Assembly: GCA_028534125.1 (NCBI GenBank)
Contig: CM052816.1
Coordinates: forward strand, 27,902,001-27,966,000
DNA length: 64,000 nt
DNA from: Lama glama
Taxonomy: Eukaryota
Direction: 5' to 3'
Part shown: positions 12,278-25,599 of the stretch, one piece after another
Layout of the letters: each line of letters opens with the position of its first letter
Position numbering within the stretch: the first letter of the stretch is position 1
Position numbers and translations under genes: made by a program
Notes under the pieces: model-generated
The model's input: only the letters and a program-made list of their open reading frames with translations
What the model was told of the DNA's origin: nothing
Databases searched by the model: none

Positions 12278-14240
12278 GTAACTGGGAAATAGAGGTTAAC
12301 CTGGCTTAAAGTATGACAGAGTTAACACATCAAATAATGTAGTTATGACCCTATTTACAGAAATCCCTCCCTGCATTGTTCTGTATAGGGAGAGCTTCTC
12401 ACATATGACTAGAGAAGATGGTTATCAATCAGATTAAACATACATGGTCCTTTATAGCTCATGAGCTAACACAATGGGCTACTTTGATTTTTTTTTCCTG
12501 GATCTTATCACCCTTCTCAACCATACCTTTAGTAGGGGTAGGGAGCTGAACCAGACATTATGATCAATATGCTGTGGAAGAGGTGGAGCTAGGAAGCAGT
12601 GATTTCCAAAGTAAAACAGTATTGATTTTATTAGGTTACAGAGAAAGTGTTGCTCGAAAAGCCAAACAATGGATGTCTATTTTAGCCACTCTGAAATCTG
12701 GTGCTATGGAGAAAAGCCTGATTTTTTTGTGGCATCTTTATTTAATAGCACATTTTCTTGAAACCAGAAAAAAGTTACAGGAATGTTTTCTTGCTTAAAA
12801 TTGGAATGACTGAAGAGTTGCCATTGTGCTAATGAAGCTGAAAGGAAAGCAATTAAAAATCTAAATGTCTGAAAAATGACATCCATTAAACCTGCATTAC
12901 AGTGCTATTAACTAAGAGACTCTATTCTGTCATACAATAGATGTTTAAGATAATCAGTTTGGGAAAGGTAAATTTGCCTTCTTGCATACGTTTACTTTTT
13001 CATATTTACCATAGCTGTGTCTATTTAACTTGTTTTGTTGTAGAGTTCTAAACATAGTTTGTATAAAGAAATTGTAGGTATAAACATTCAAAAATCAGTA
13101 GCTTTACATTGATAGCAATATTTACAATTATATCTACAAGTTGCATATTCTTTTTATGCTTAAATTTAATGTGGTCGCTGCTCCAATGGTCCATAGTTTA
13201 GCTGAATTAGAACTGAAGGAGAATGTGAGCATTTTAAAAGACCATTTTAAATGGTATCTATACAAAACAATATTAATTCATATCTTCCAAATAAAATAAG
13301 ATTACTTAGTTTTAATTACCAAACAGCAGCACTTTACAATAACATCATGTGCACTTCAGTGAGAATACTGCCTTTAAAGCCATATGCTTTCAGATACCAA
13401 ACTCCAGAAATGGTCAGAAACAGAAAAAGTGTAGTTAATTCTTTAGTAAATTGAACGATATAAACTGGTTGTAAAAATCGAAGTTGTAAAGATAAACTGA
13501 TACACAACATTGGAATATGTTGGTTGCACTTACCTCTACTTTAAAGGTAGACCACACTTACAGATCTACTGTCTAATTTGGGTTTCTGCTTTTTTGTTTA
13601 TCTTATCTCCCCCAAACACTACCTTTTCCTGGGCCAGTGTATTTCCATTCAGTCTTTTTTTTTTTTTTTAATTTTCTGTGGTTGGCATCAAGGTCCACAA
13701 CCATAAAAAAAAAAAAGCACCTTCTTTGAAAAGAAGATGCATAGTCAATCTTAAAGAATTTATTTTACCTTGATAATTCCACACTACTGGCTCATAGAAC
13801 TACAAAACAATTCTTGCTGTCTGCCTGGAGGCAGTCAAATGTCCAGATTAAGGGCATTAGCTTTGGAGTCGCACACATTAGAGTATTTACCAATGATTTG
13901 ATACTGATGACGTTTCTGATACTCACTTTCTTCATGTGTAATATTAGTACAGTTACAGCCTCATAGATATATAAACACTCAGTAATTAGTAGCTTCACTT
14001 TAATAGCATAAAAGTATTTCCCTTCTGCAGATCCGTAGTATGCAAGTTTCAGAGGCATAAATTGGAATTGTATAGTATGAGGATCTTTCTCTCCTCAGCG
14101 TGTCGTGTATCAGAATTAAGATGCTTTGTTAAACAAAACTAGTATCCAGAGTGCCAGGGAATAGTTTTACCCCAGTTTCTTTTGGTATAGTACCAAACAT
14201 GTGTTACACATTAAATACATATTTCTTTCTTCCATTTTCT

Positions 14241-15322
14241 TTTTTTTTTTTAACATTTTTTATTGAGTTATAGTCATTTTACAATGTTGTGTCAAATTCC
14301 AGTGTAGAGCACAATTTTTCAGTTATACATGAACATACATATATTCATTGTCACTTTCTTTTTTTGCTGTGAGCTACCACAAGATCTTTTATATATTTCC
14401 CTGTGCTGTACAGTATAATCTTGTTCATCTATTCTGCATATGCCTGTCAGTATCTACAAATTTTGAACCCCCAGTCTGTCCCTTCCCACCCCTCTCCCCC
14501 TTGGCAACCACAAGTTTGTATTCTATGTCTATGAGTCTATTTCTGTTTTGTATTTATGTTCATTTTTTTTTAGATGCCACTTACGAGCGATCTCATATGG
14601 TATTTTTCTTTCTCTTTCTGGCTTACTTCACTTAGAATGACGTTCTCCAGGAGCATCCATGTTGCTGCAGATGGTAGTATGTTGTTGGTTTTTATGGCTG
14701 AATAGTATTCCACTGTGTAAATATACCACATCATCTTTATCCAGTCATCTGTTGATGGACATTTAGGCTGTTTCCATGTCTTGGCTATTGTAAATAGTGC
14801 TGCTATGAACATTGGGGTGCGGGTGTCTTTTTGAAGTAGGGTTCCTTCTGGATATATGCCCAGGAGCGGGATTCTTGGGTTATATGGTAAGTCTCTTCCG
14901 AGTCTTTTCAGAAATCTCCATACTGTTTTCCATAGTGGCTGCACCAAACTGCATTCCCACCAGCAGTGCAGGAGGGTTCCCTTTTCTCCACAGCCTCTCC
15001 AGCATTTGTCATTTGTGGACTTTTGAATGACAGCCATTCTGACTGGTGTGAGGTGATACCTCATTGTAGTTTTGATTTGCATTTCTCTGATAATTAGTGA
15101 TACTGAGTATTTTTTAGTGTGCCTATTGATCATTTGTATGTCTTCCTTGGAGAATTTTTTGTTTAGGTCTTCTACCCATTTTTGGATTGGGTTGTCTGTT
15201 TTTTTCTTATTAAGTCGTATGAGCTGCTTATATATTCTGGAGATCAAGCCCTTGTCAGTTTCATCATTTGCAAAAATTTTCTCCCATTCCGTAGGTTGTG
15301 GTTTTCTTTTACTTATGGTTCG
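14241..15322 (-). mobile_element. Young 5'-truncated LINE-1 (ORF2 C-terminus, 3' UTR, polyA)
   Basis: Poly-T at 14241; 15-bp TSD tttcttc(c/a)attttct at 14226-14240 and 15323-15337; open ORF2 frame. Confidence 0.97.
14570..15320 (-). pseudogene. L1 ORF2p C-terminal fragment including the CCHC knuckle
   Basis: [57 protein letters not shown]; uninterrupted for ~250 codons but 5'-truncated. Confidence 0.95.
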
Positions 15323-16539
15323 TTTCTTCAATTTTCTATCATGACTTATTTTACAAAACAAACTCCCTTGATCATCATGTCCTATTATTCCAAGTTACCT
15401 AGTACAGTCTCTTTCTATGACTTGAGCATTTTGCCTAACACAATATCCTTGGTGCGTACCAGCTATAAAAAGGCAAATGACCCAAGCTTATACTGGATCT
15501 TTGAGATATTCTACATTACTACATTCCTACTGAAATATCTGTTAGTTTTCCCCGGCCAGCTTTCTCTTCTACCCCACTTACCCAGGCAAACTCAAGCTTC
15601 AGCCTTATCTGTACACTATGTTGAATCTTTTGGTATCTGGCTCACTTTACTGAAATCTAGTCTGTGTGACCACATTAGGTTCCATGGAGAGGGTCTTCCT
15701 GTTTGCACTAGGATAAAGATCTTTGCCTAGATCTTCTTACCCCCTCACCTCTTCCAAAAGTCATACTTTGCAACAAAGACAGAAAATATGCATGACCTAC
15801 CTCTACACAGTAACTAGATGACAGAGAAAATTATAAACCTCGACTTAGGTTTAAGGGGGAAAATAAATATGTGACCCCAGCAGAATCAGTGCCAATACCC
15901 ACAGAGGTGCCATGAGTCTGTTGGTACGTACACACAAGAATAGGGAGTGGCCAGACCTTAGGAATAGAAGAATCCAGATAACGTCAACAGAGCTGTATTC
16001 CCAGAAGTGGAAAGCCCCATCATAATGGGACTCATGGGCCTGTCTCTGAGAAAACACAGTTCAGAGCCATCACAGTGGACAAATTAAAAGGAAAATGTGT
16101 GACACATTGGGATTCCCTTAGGGGAGACAGCTGATATTAAGGCAGTAGAAGAAGGCAGCTAACACTAAGGACTCTTCTAAAATAGAGAAAACTAACAACA
16201 ACAAAGAGTTCATTATATTATTGAATATATTCAGTATATTATTGAAATCCATGTAAAAGTCTTGCTCCTCCCAATGAGAAAAAAAATCTCCTTCTAAAAG
16301 ATAGTACAGGAAAAATGCATTCAGATGTTAACAAGAGAAATGAAATTACAACACAATTATTTATACAAAAAAATGTAGCAAGATTCAGGGAAAACACAAT
16401 CTCACAGATGACAAGTAAAATTCCACTAGTTTTACTAGTCAGCTTTTACCCCAGAGTTTATTGCTGAATTTTAAATGGTATAGAGCAATAGATAATCAAG
16501 AAGTATTCTGCTGAGAAATTGAAAATGTAATTAGAGATG

Positions 16540-17560
16540 TGCTTCCAGGAATTTTGGGATAACAAGTCCATCATGACCATTCTACCATAAATAACTTGAA
16601 AACTGCAAACAGAATACATAAAATAACTTTTCAGATACTGGACCTGAGACAGCACAGGACTGTTATCTTTGAGGAAAGTAGGGCATAGAAATGAAATCAG
16701 CTCTATAATTCCTCTGGATTGTTTTCCTTCAGGCAATTTCAGTAAAACAGGAGAGGGAACACAGACAGAACTCAACAGATATGAGTTTGGTGAGCCTAAG
16801 GTGATTGAAATTTTGGGTCAGGATTGAGAGAGGAGAGAATTATGCAGAGAAAGAGTTCAAAAACAAATCTGCAAATGAGGCCCCTTCAAGGCTTTGTATG
16901 AACACCAATATGTATATTTATGTGGTAGAACTCCTAGTGTCCAAACAAAGAAAAACTCCCAGAGAAAGAAAACTTTCTGAGGAACTCCAAGCCCAATAAT
17001 TACCAGGACTCTCAGAAAGATGACAGTTGTTTGAGTTTCCACCAGTCAGAGTAGAAAGACTTCACTGAATGCACAGGGTATTCAGTGGAGACCCCGAAGG
17101 GGTTGCACCATAGTAATGGGGTTGAACTCACAAATGAGTAAGGCTACTTGGAGTCTCCCTTTAAAGAGCATGAAAACAAGTCCCCGAAGTATCAAGCTAA
17201 TTTGTAAGTAACTGCCTGCCAGAACAAAGATCACACTCTTTAAAGTAAGACAACAGAGTTTAAGCATTGAATAATCTAACATCACCAGGTCCAACATCTA
17301 GTAAATTACTGGACAGATGAAGACACGGGAAAATATGCTGTACAGGAGAAAATCACTTGACAGAAACAGAAGCAGCAATCACAGAGATGCTGGAATTTGC
17401 AGACATGAACTTTAAAGCATTTTTATATATATGCTTTATATGCTCAAATATGAAAAGGAAAACATGAACATAATGAGGAAGGAAGTAGATGCTATAAGAA
17501 AAAGAATCAAATGGAAACTCTAGACATGAAATATACAATATTCAAAATAAAATTTTTACT
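16540..17560 (+). mobile_element. Ancient L1M 5' region and start of ORF1
   Basis: cttccagga..aactgcaaacagaatacataaaataacttttcagatactgga; cagagatgctggaatttgcagacatgaactttaaagca. Confidence 0.7.
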
Positions 17561-17749
17561 ATAAACATTGGCCAGTAGAAATCTAGTATGGCTGATTAGT
17601 GTCAACCAGAGGGCATGTGAGGTGGCTAGAAACATTGGTATGACATGAGTGGTCACATAGATGGGCACTTTATATTAATTTTTGATTTTGATCTGCTTGT
17701 TTAATATGGATTCCTATGTATCTGTAATATTAAAAATATACAAAATTAA

Positions 17750-19170
17750 ACATGTACTGGAGATAAGAGTCTATGAAATTAGATAAGGGAAAGCAATTCG
17801 ATGTGTAACAATTGTATAGAAAACAGATAAAAGTAACGCTATTAAGTGATTACTTTTTTATATAGCTGGCAAACCAAAAAGAATCAATGGAAAATTACTA
17901 CAACCATAAGAAAATTCAGTAAGGGAGCAGGATATGAAACTAACTTAAATCTATCTATCTATCTCCGTTCATATATACAAACACTATCATTAGAAGACAT
18001 AACAGAACTCATTTTCAATATAAAAATATGAAATACAACAATAAGAAATATGTTCAACTTATGTGAAGAAAGTGGTAGGTAGGCCCTGAGAAACAGCAGT
18101 AGGCATGAGCAGTGCTAAGAACAGTGGGTAACACCTACCACAAAACCTACTAGATAGTAAAAAAATAAAATGAAGTCTCAATAATAAAAATCATTATATC
18201 TGGCAGAGTCATGGGTAGATTAGTGGAACAAAGTATAAAATCCATATATAGATTATTCAGTACATAAGGAAGTTAGAATGCAAAAAAGATGGCATTTCAA
18301 ATCAATGGGAGAAAAAAGTAGACTTTAATAAGTGGTGTTAGATCATCTGGGTAGCTATTTGTACAGTGTTCTCATATTTTATAATCATTTCCACATTGGT
18401 CAGAGATTTAGATTAAATAGATAACCATGCTGTTATTAAAACAACATTGGTTGAATTCTTTTAGAACCTTGAAGTGGAAAAACATTTTTAATATTATTCG
18501 AATTCCAGAAGAAGTACAAGAAAATAATTATTTTTATTATAAAATGTAAAGTATTTTTATAGAAAAAGTGTCATAAGCAAAATCAAAAGACAAAATTATT
18601 GGGAAATAATTGCTATTTATATGAAAGGCAAAAGATTAATTTCACAAACTCATCAAAACATCCTTGAAAACAAGTACAGAAAAAGTTCAAGCTCCTGATA
18701 GAAAGATGTAAAAGTCATTAAAAAGTTTATAGTTAAAGAAATGCCAATAGCATTTAAACATGTGAAAACAATGCTCAGATTTACCCTTGAGAAAATCAGA
18801 CTAAAACAAAATATGTCACTTATCTCTCAAGGTGATAAAAATCAGACAGTTTAACGAGCTTATTAGAAGAGAGATCCCTTTCAAAATTGTAGAATAGATA
18901 AACAAGATTACACTGTATAGCACAGGGAAATATACACAAAATGTTATGATAAATCACAGAGAAAAAAATGTGACAATCAGTGTGTATATGTCCATGAATG
19001 ACTGAAAAATTGTGCTGAACACTGGAATTTGACACAACATTGTAAAATGATTATAAATCAATAAAAAATGTTAAAAAAAAGAAAAAAAATAAAATAAATT
19101 AAAAATATATAAAAACAGAAGAGAGATCCTTTTATTTATCTCTATATGGATAGTATTTGGCAATATTTTA
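17750..19170 (+). mobile_element. Highly decayed L1M (L1ME-like) ORF2
   Basis: A-rich ORF2 remnants: gatggcatttcaaatcaatggg, tttaataagtggtgttagatcatctgggtagctattt, catttaaacatgtgaaaacaatgctca. Confidence 0.7.
18882..19116 (+). mobile_element. Young L1 3' UTR fragment nested in an older L1
   Basis: Same 3' UTR as the 14241 element; A-rich tail; TSD agaagagagatcc at 18865-18877 and 19117-19129. Confidence 0.95.
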
Positions 19171-19174
19171 TCAT

Positions 19175-19900
19175 TTCAAAGCAAGCATTTTTCACATCTC
19201 TAAAATCAGTTTGTATTTTGCATGTGATAGTTACGTGTAGGGTTGGTGGTGCGCATGTGGGGGTTACACACCAAGTAATGCAAGTGAAGGCAAAAGAAAT
19301 TGCCAAATTTTGCAGCACAGTTGAAGACTTTTAAAACAGTAACAGGCTAATGGGGCTTATTGATATGTTAATCAGTATCATCTTTAAGACTGTAAATCAA
19401 TTTGTCAAAAATGTCCTACAGAATTTGAGTAAACATGTTAAGTTTAGTTAAACGATAATGTACTCAAATGGATGCCAGCTGCTTGGGGAAAAAACCTGAA
19501 AGACAGTAATGTGCACCATTTAATAAATGCTGCTCAACCAACAATTTTTTTTAGATTTATTTATTTATTATTTATTTTAAACATTTTTTATTGAGTTATA
19601 GTCATTTTACAATGTTGTGTCAAATTCCAGTGTAGAGCACAATTTTTCAGTTATAAGTGAACATACATATATTCATTGTCACATTTTTTTCTTCACTGTG
19701 AGCTACCACAAGATCTTGTATATAGTAATGTGCACCATATAATAAATGCTACTCAACCAACAATTTTGTGACTAAAAGGGACAGTGTAGGATAGAACACA
19801 GACTTTCCTGACTAACTTGAGAAGTGACAGAGAAAAATAGGTCTATGAATATGAAAAGTTTTAGAAAGAGCTTAACTAAATTATTGTGCTAATAATTGCT
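19175..19900 (+). mobile_element. TcMar-Tigger/pogo DNA transposon remnant (Tigger13-like)
   Basis: atggatgccagctgcttgggg..aataaatgctgctcaaccaac resembles the pogo transposase C-terminus (W..AAW..FKKCCI.N); interrupted by the L1 at 19549. Confidence 0.5.
19549..19723 (-). mobile_element. Young L1 3' end (~175 bp) with a 44-bp flanking duplication
   Basis: aacattttttattgagttatagtcattttacaatgttgtgtc..; direct repeats at 19505-19548 and 19724-19767. Confidence 0.95.
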
Positions 19901-20224
19901 CTTTTAAACAAGCACACTTTTGAATATATATGCTTTAATAATATGCCTAGATCCAAGAATTTCAATGACTAGATAATTGTGTAAATAAACACAGTGCTTA
20001 AAGACAAAAAATACTAAAATATTTTGTTTCAGTATTAATCTTGCTGTAAATGTAATATTTGTATAGTCATTTGAAACTATTTTATATATGTTGTATGAAC
20101 AGCGAATCATTATTGTTTTTAAAAATCAAATTGTTATGTGAAAGAAAACAGATACGATTATTTTTGTTCTTTATGTGTAATTAAAACCCTCAAATGTTAA
20201 ATTTGAACTGGAAGTAAGTTATAC

Positions 20225-21400
20225 TTTGTATTCCCTAGTCTATTGAAAGAGTTTAGAGTCACTGATACTCACTGACAATAAACACTGGTCCCTAAATACC
20301 AATAAACCCCACTCTTTACTAAGAAACTGGGGCTTTTTGGAGGACTGGCAGACTAGAGTTCTTAGGAGGGAATATGTGAGAAGGGCCTGGACCGTCTTAC
20401 TGTGAGAAAGCAAAAAGCAAAGGAAAGAAAAGATGGTGCTAAAAAGACATAGGAGCCTGTGGGCAATTTTCGAACTACTTGAGCATCAAACAGAGAAGTA
20501 ATTCACTACCTTGAAATACACTAGATACGTGAGAATTCATCTCTATAATAATGTTCAAAAAGAGGAAGTGAAAATCAAGCAAACAGTAACAATAAATACT
20601 TATTTGCCATCACTAGAAATGACCCGCTCTCTCTCTCTCTCTGAATATCAGTCAGGGGAAATAATTATGCATTAATCCACACTTTACTGTAGGAAATGTT
20701 TTTGTCATTAAAATCATGCAATAAATGAGAAAAATCGCTGCTGAAGAAGAGCAGTAAATAAATATAGACAGAATGATAACATACTTCTAATTTTCCAGTA
20801 TTTTTACCTCTAAAATATTGATCTGGATAGGATCTTCAATGCATGCATAAAACAGTAGGTAAAATGTTGATGACAAACTCAAGATGAACTTCAGCATCAC
20901 TAATGGTGGGACAACAGAACATGACAGGCTTCCTAATGTGATGTAATCCATGGTACACAACATCATCCTCTAAATACCCTTGCCAAGATTACCTTAACCT
21001 AAATCTGTCTAAGCGTTTAGATATAACATCTATTTGGCCAGTAATAAAAGGTGGTTAGAATGTCACATGCCACCATGATAAAACAATCAGATCAACACAG
21101 AAGGTAAGAAACAGCTGCAGAACATTGTCATGTCAAAGGGAAGACCCTTCTAGATGAAGAGAGTTTTAAGAGACTTGGTAACCAGAAGCATGCCTTTAAG
21201 TAGATAATTATCTATTCAACAAGCTATAAATGATAGTGGAGAAAATTGAGAAAATATGAATATGGATTTGATATAATTAGAGAATTATTTCTCCTTTTGT
21301 TAGGTCTGATAATCATTTTCATGGTTATGTAAAGAAGTTCTTATTTTTTAGAGATTCATGCAGAAGTATTTACTGTTGAAATAAAATTATTTTTAAAATA
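20225..21400 (+). mobile_element. Ancient L1MC4/5-like 3' UTR
   Basis: aagaaactggggctttttggaggactggcagac..gggcctggaccgtcttactgtgagaaagcaa; tttttagagattcatgcagaagtattta. Confidence 0.65.
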
Positions 21401-24305
21401 GTTGAATGGTTGCATTCAGAATTCCTAAATCAAAGTAATATGCATATAACTTCTCATTTTAGTATTCTCCATATTCTGTTTGTTTTAATCATTGGCATAG
21501 TTGAAAGGAAAAGCAAATTAAAAGATTCCTTGGGGAATTTTATTGTTTCTTATACCTTTCTTCACCCTTCCCCATAAACTCTGAATGGAAGGAATTTTAA
21601 TTCCTTCCATAAAGACCATTGATTAAAAAACTCAGACTCATGGTTGATTTCTTTAAAATAAAAATAAGTGTTTAAATTTCAGCTGACTTTTACAGTTGTT
21701 TAATGGTAAGGATATCTTTAATAACCGAAAAATAAAAATACATGTTAAAATAGATATGATATTTAACTGCTTTTTTGAACTTTTCAAAAAGACTAAGATT
21801 AGTGGCTAATTAGAAAATGAATATTTGAATAGCTGAGAATTGTTATAATCTTCATAAAATCTATAAAGCCATTCTTCACATCCTTTTAAATTAAAAAAAT
21901 ATGATTGTTTAATATCTGACCCATATATTTTCTTAAATGTATCTAAATTGTTTATTAGACTTATTTTACATTTGATAATCCTACCATTTTTCAGCAAATG
22001 ATAACTTCTTTTCTTAATCTCTTTTTCCACCCTCTTCCACTCCTTCATTCACCTTATTCTGGGAACTTAAATGAATAATATCAATGTAAGCAATCTGATT
22101 ACATCCACTATAATTAATGTGATTTGATCATTAGAAAAAAAAAGGTACATTGCAGTGCTTACAGATCTAGTGCTTTTCACTATATTGAATTACATATAAG
22201 GTCATTAAATAAATCCAGAGTCACCTGAATTGCCATTTAGTTCACCCTGTCTATGCCAAGCACAAGAGTTAAAGTTATGACATAGTTTGAAATTTATGGG
22301 ATGAGATGAAGCTCTCTGACTACCCCACACCCCACTGTTTAATCTCAGAAGGTCTGATATCTGCACACAACAGATAAAACAGGTAATTGAGCAGGGTCAG
22401 AGCCTTAGGAAAATGTCAGTTGATAATAGAGGAAAAAACTGTAAAATATAACCAAAACCATAAAACTGCATTATATCATCAAGAAAAAAAATTAAAGCAT
22501 ATTAAGAATTTAATAAACTCAGAAACTGAAGTTTTCATAGAAGTAAAAGAATAATGTAATCCTGGATATACTAGATGTAATATATGTTCATAGGGTAAAG
22601 ATGGTAGTGAATTTTTAACTGCAAATTTGTATGCAGCTAATATTACAATAATTGGATAGCATGCAGGTCTAGCAATATATTTAGACCCATCCCTTTTATT
22701 TTATATAAAAACAATTTCTAGATGGAGCAAATGTTTAAATGCCAAAAAAATAAGATATTTTTATTATCTTAAAGCAGAGAAACATTTTTGTGTCACCAAC
22801 CTGTAAGAAATACATGAATATGGGAAGGAAATCATTAGCAGGTGGCTTGGAATCCAGTGTCTCCCTTTATCATGGAGTTGCCCCCAGGAACAAAGGAAGG
22901 AGAGTGACCCAGACAAACCTTGAAAATATGCTAATAATTGGCCTCCTGGCAAATACACTAATGGTATTTTTTTATGGTCTAGTCCTTATCTATAGTGTGC
23001 TGTACCAGTGTGTAATTGGTCTGTCTAGATTATTTATGGCAAACAAACATGGAATCTGTGTATTTATGGATCATGAAAAATGCTGTAATTTATACTAACG
23101 CAATATAAAAGAGTGATAGGCAGTCACTAAGACTCTTCTCTTCTGTTTAAAGAATGTGATCACATATATAACTTTGAGACCTCAGATATTAATTATTCTG
23201 ACCTACACAGAGAACGTACTAACCAGTTAAGAAAGAACCGTATGGGGCTGTGTTGATTTCAACTACTTCCTACTCTGCTTAGGGACTATGTCTATCTGTT
23301 TTCATAAAATTATTAGTAAAACTTGATACTGGATAAAATGTCTAATTTGTGCTATCCTAGGCAAGGAGACTGTGTCTCCCTGTCTGAGAGGCTGTCCTAA
23401 TAAATGATACTGAGCCTCCTCCCTACCTCTCCTGAATCATCTAATTTCCACTGTTGCAAAAGTATTACAAGATGCTTTATTCATTTACCAGCCAGGTTTT
23501 TGTCTTCCCAGAGACCTTTCATTCACTTGTTATCTACATGATGCTTTTAAAGTTTCTTTTATATATAATACAATGTTTTTAGGTTTCCTCAGCTTAAGAG
23601 GTTTTAAGAATTTTCCAATGCACTATTCCCTGAAGCAGAATTTTGGGTCTAATGCCAAAGACCATTTATTTCTTCTCTACATATGATGAAATTTACCTGA
23701 TACGAATTGTCGTTCCTCCACCACCCCATCCAATGTGTATGGCTGCCATAATAATGAACATCGATGCATTTTGCTACCAGTCCCACTGTAGCTTACAACA
23801 AAGATAAGTGTTGCTTTAATACAGTACTTCAGGAACCCCTTACTAATCTATAAAGTTCAGTACTCAGAATGAAATGTATTTTTCATCCTAGTTACTCAGT
23901 GTGTACCAGGAGCCATATTAATGGCTGGGGCAGGTGAGCATTAGAGACTGAAATAAAATGCTGGAGAAGAAAGCCTCAAGGTATGTCCAGGGATGCAGAG
24001 AAGCGCTAAATCAGCATCAAGGTCATAGGAAAATGTCAATTGTATAAGAAAAGAAAAAACTGTAAAATACAACCAAAGCTAAAATCAAATATAATATGGA
24101 CTTGAAACTGGCTAAAAAGGAATAATAAAATGACACAACCATACCCTAACTGTAACGGAGTGAAAAAGAAACACTTTAGTTTGGGATGTCCTGGAACTAT
24201 TTCTTTTATGTGATGATCGATGTTTATAATATACCACATCAGCCTTAAATCAAGAATGCAATTAAGAAAATAATGTATATTTTGTAAAAGTGATCCAAAA
24301 CTTAC

Positions 24306-24360
24306 CTCTCTGGAGGTACAGACATGGCTGAGAATGCTTCCTGCGGCTCTAACAGATAAG
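24306..24360 (-). other. Candidate 55-nt internal exon (unsupported by transcript data)
   Basis: Minus strand ttttttttaatatatgacag|CTTATC..CCAGAGAG|gtaagt; two open frames. Confidence 0.3.
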
Positions 24361-25234
24361 CTGTCATATATTAAAAAAAAATACCATCAGTCTGCTATTC
24401 GTATTTGCCTTGGAGGATATCTATGTATTTCACAGCACTGCCTCCAGCTAAAAATCAACACTGGCTAATTTCACCTATACCTTATATAAGAATTCTGGGT
24501 TTTCTTGTTGTTTGTTGTGTTCTTAAAACTTTATAAGAAGGATATTTATGCCACATCATTCTACTTAAAAACCTAAATCCAAGAATCTATAGTGTGCTGT
24601 AGTGTGTAGTGATGACTGTTTTACCAAAAAAGGTAGATCCAGTTGGGTAACAAAGATGTTAACAATATGCTCTCATGAAAACCAGCAGGTGTTAAGCTGG
24701 GTCAAACACTACTACTGTTTTTGGAAGAGGACGATCAAAGCTATTTACTGCATCAAATACCGAACTTTCACAGAATTCCCCTGTGGCAGTGTTTTTTGTT
24801 TGTTTTTTCTGTCAAGTACTTAAACCAAACTGAAACAAAAACCACAAAAAAACAAAAACTATCCTGTTTCAAATGTTCACTTCATGCTGAGTCAAATCTT
24901 GAAGTGCACAGTGAATCTTTATAATAAAGCCACTAATATATGAATAGACTGATGAAAAATACATGTGGCCTTCCATATAAAACATAATTAAATAGAAATC
25001 TCCCATGGTCTCTGCTCCAGCTACACCAGCCTTCTTTCATGCCTTCAGGTATCCATTCTTTTTCCTAACTTATGGTCTTTGCTACTTCTCTACTTCTGCC
25101 TGGAGAAAAGCAGGGTTGTCTAATGATCAACCCTAGTGATTTACTAGGTTTTCCTGGCAACAGGCTAACTTGTAAAGAAGACACTTCCTTAAGACCATCT
25201 CCTTTATCCTCTTAGTAACCCACCCCTCCACCCC

Positions 25235-25440
25235 CCACAGGGGCATGGGTGCTGACACAATGCTTTTCTTCCCATGCTACCTGATTATGTGGGAATCTTT
25301 CTTGCGGCCTTGGTTGCATAGGAGTTACTCTGCCAGTTTCCATTTAGTTTCCTATGAGAATTATGGATGCATTTTTGATGCATTTGTTGGGGGAGGTGAG
25401 TGCCACATCCTCTTACTCTGCCATCTTGATTCTCCTCTTG
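25235..25440 (-). mobile_element. L1 extreme 5' end fragment
   Basis: ttgttgggggaggtgagtgccacatcctcttactctgccatcttg (antisense of caagatggc.. YY1-type L1 start). Confidence 0.75.
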
Positions 25441-25599
25441 CTATACCTTTTCATTCTATTTTTAAAATTTTATTTCTACAGTACATTCTTATATTTTCAA
25501 ATCGTCAATTCCTTATTAGTTTTACTATCTTTTTAGTACTTTACCCTTCAGCCCATCTTACCTTTTAAATCTTGCAGTTAGGATGAAAATAGAGCCATT

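Noticed and set aside
15182..15730. 182-aa plus-strand ORF
   Set aside because: Starts in antisense L1 and runs into flank; no recognisable domain or exon structure
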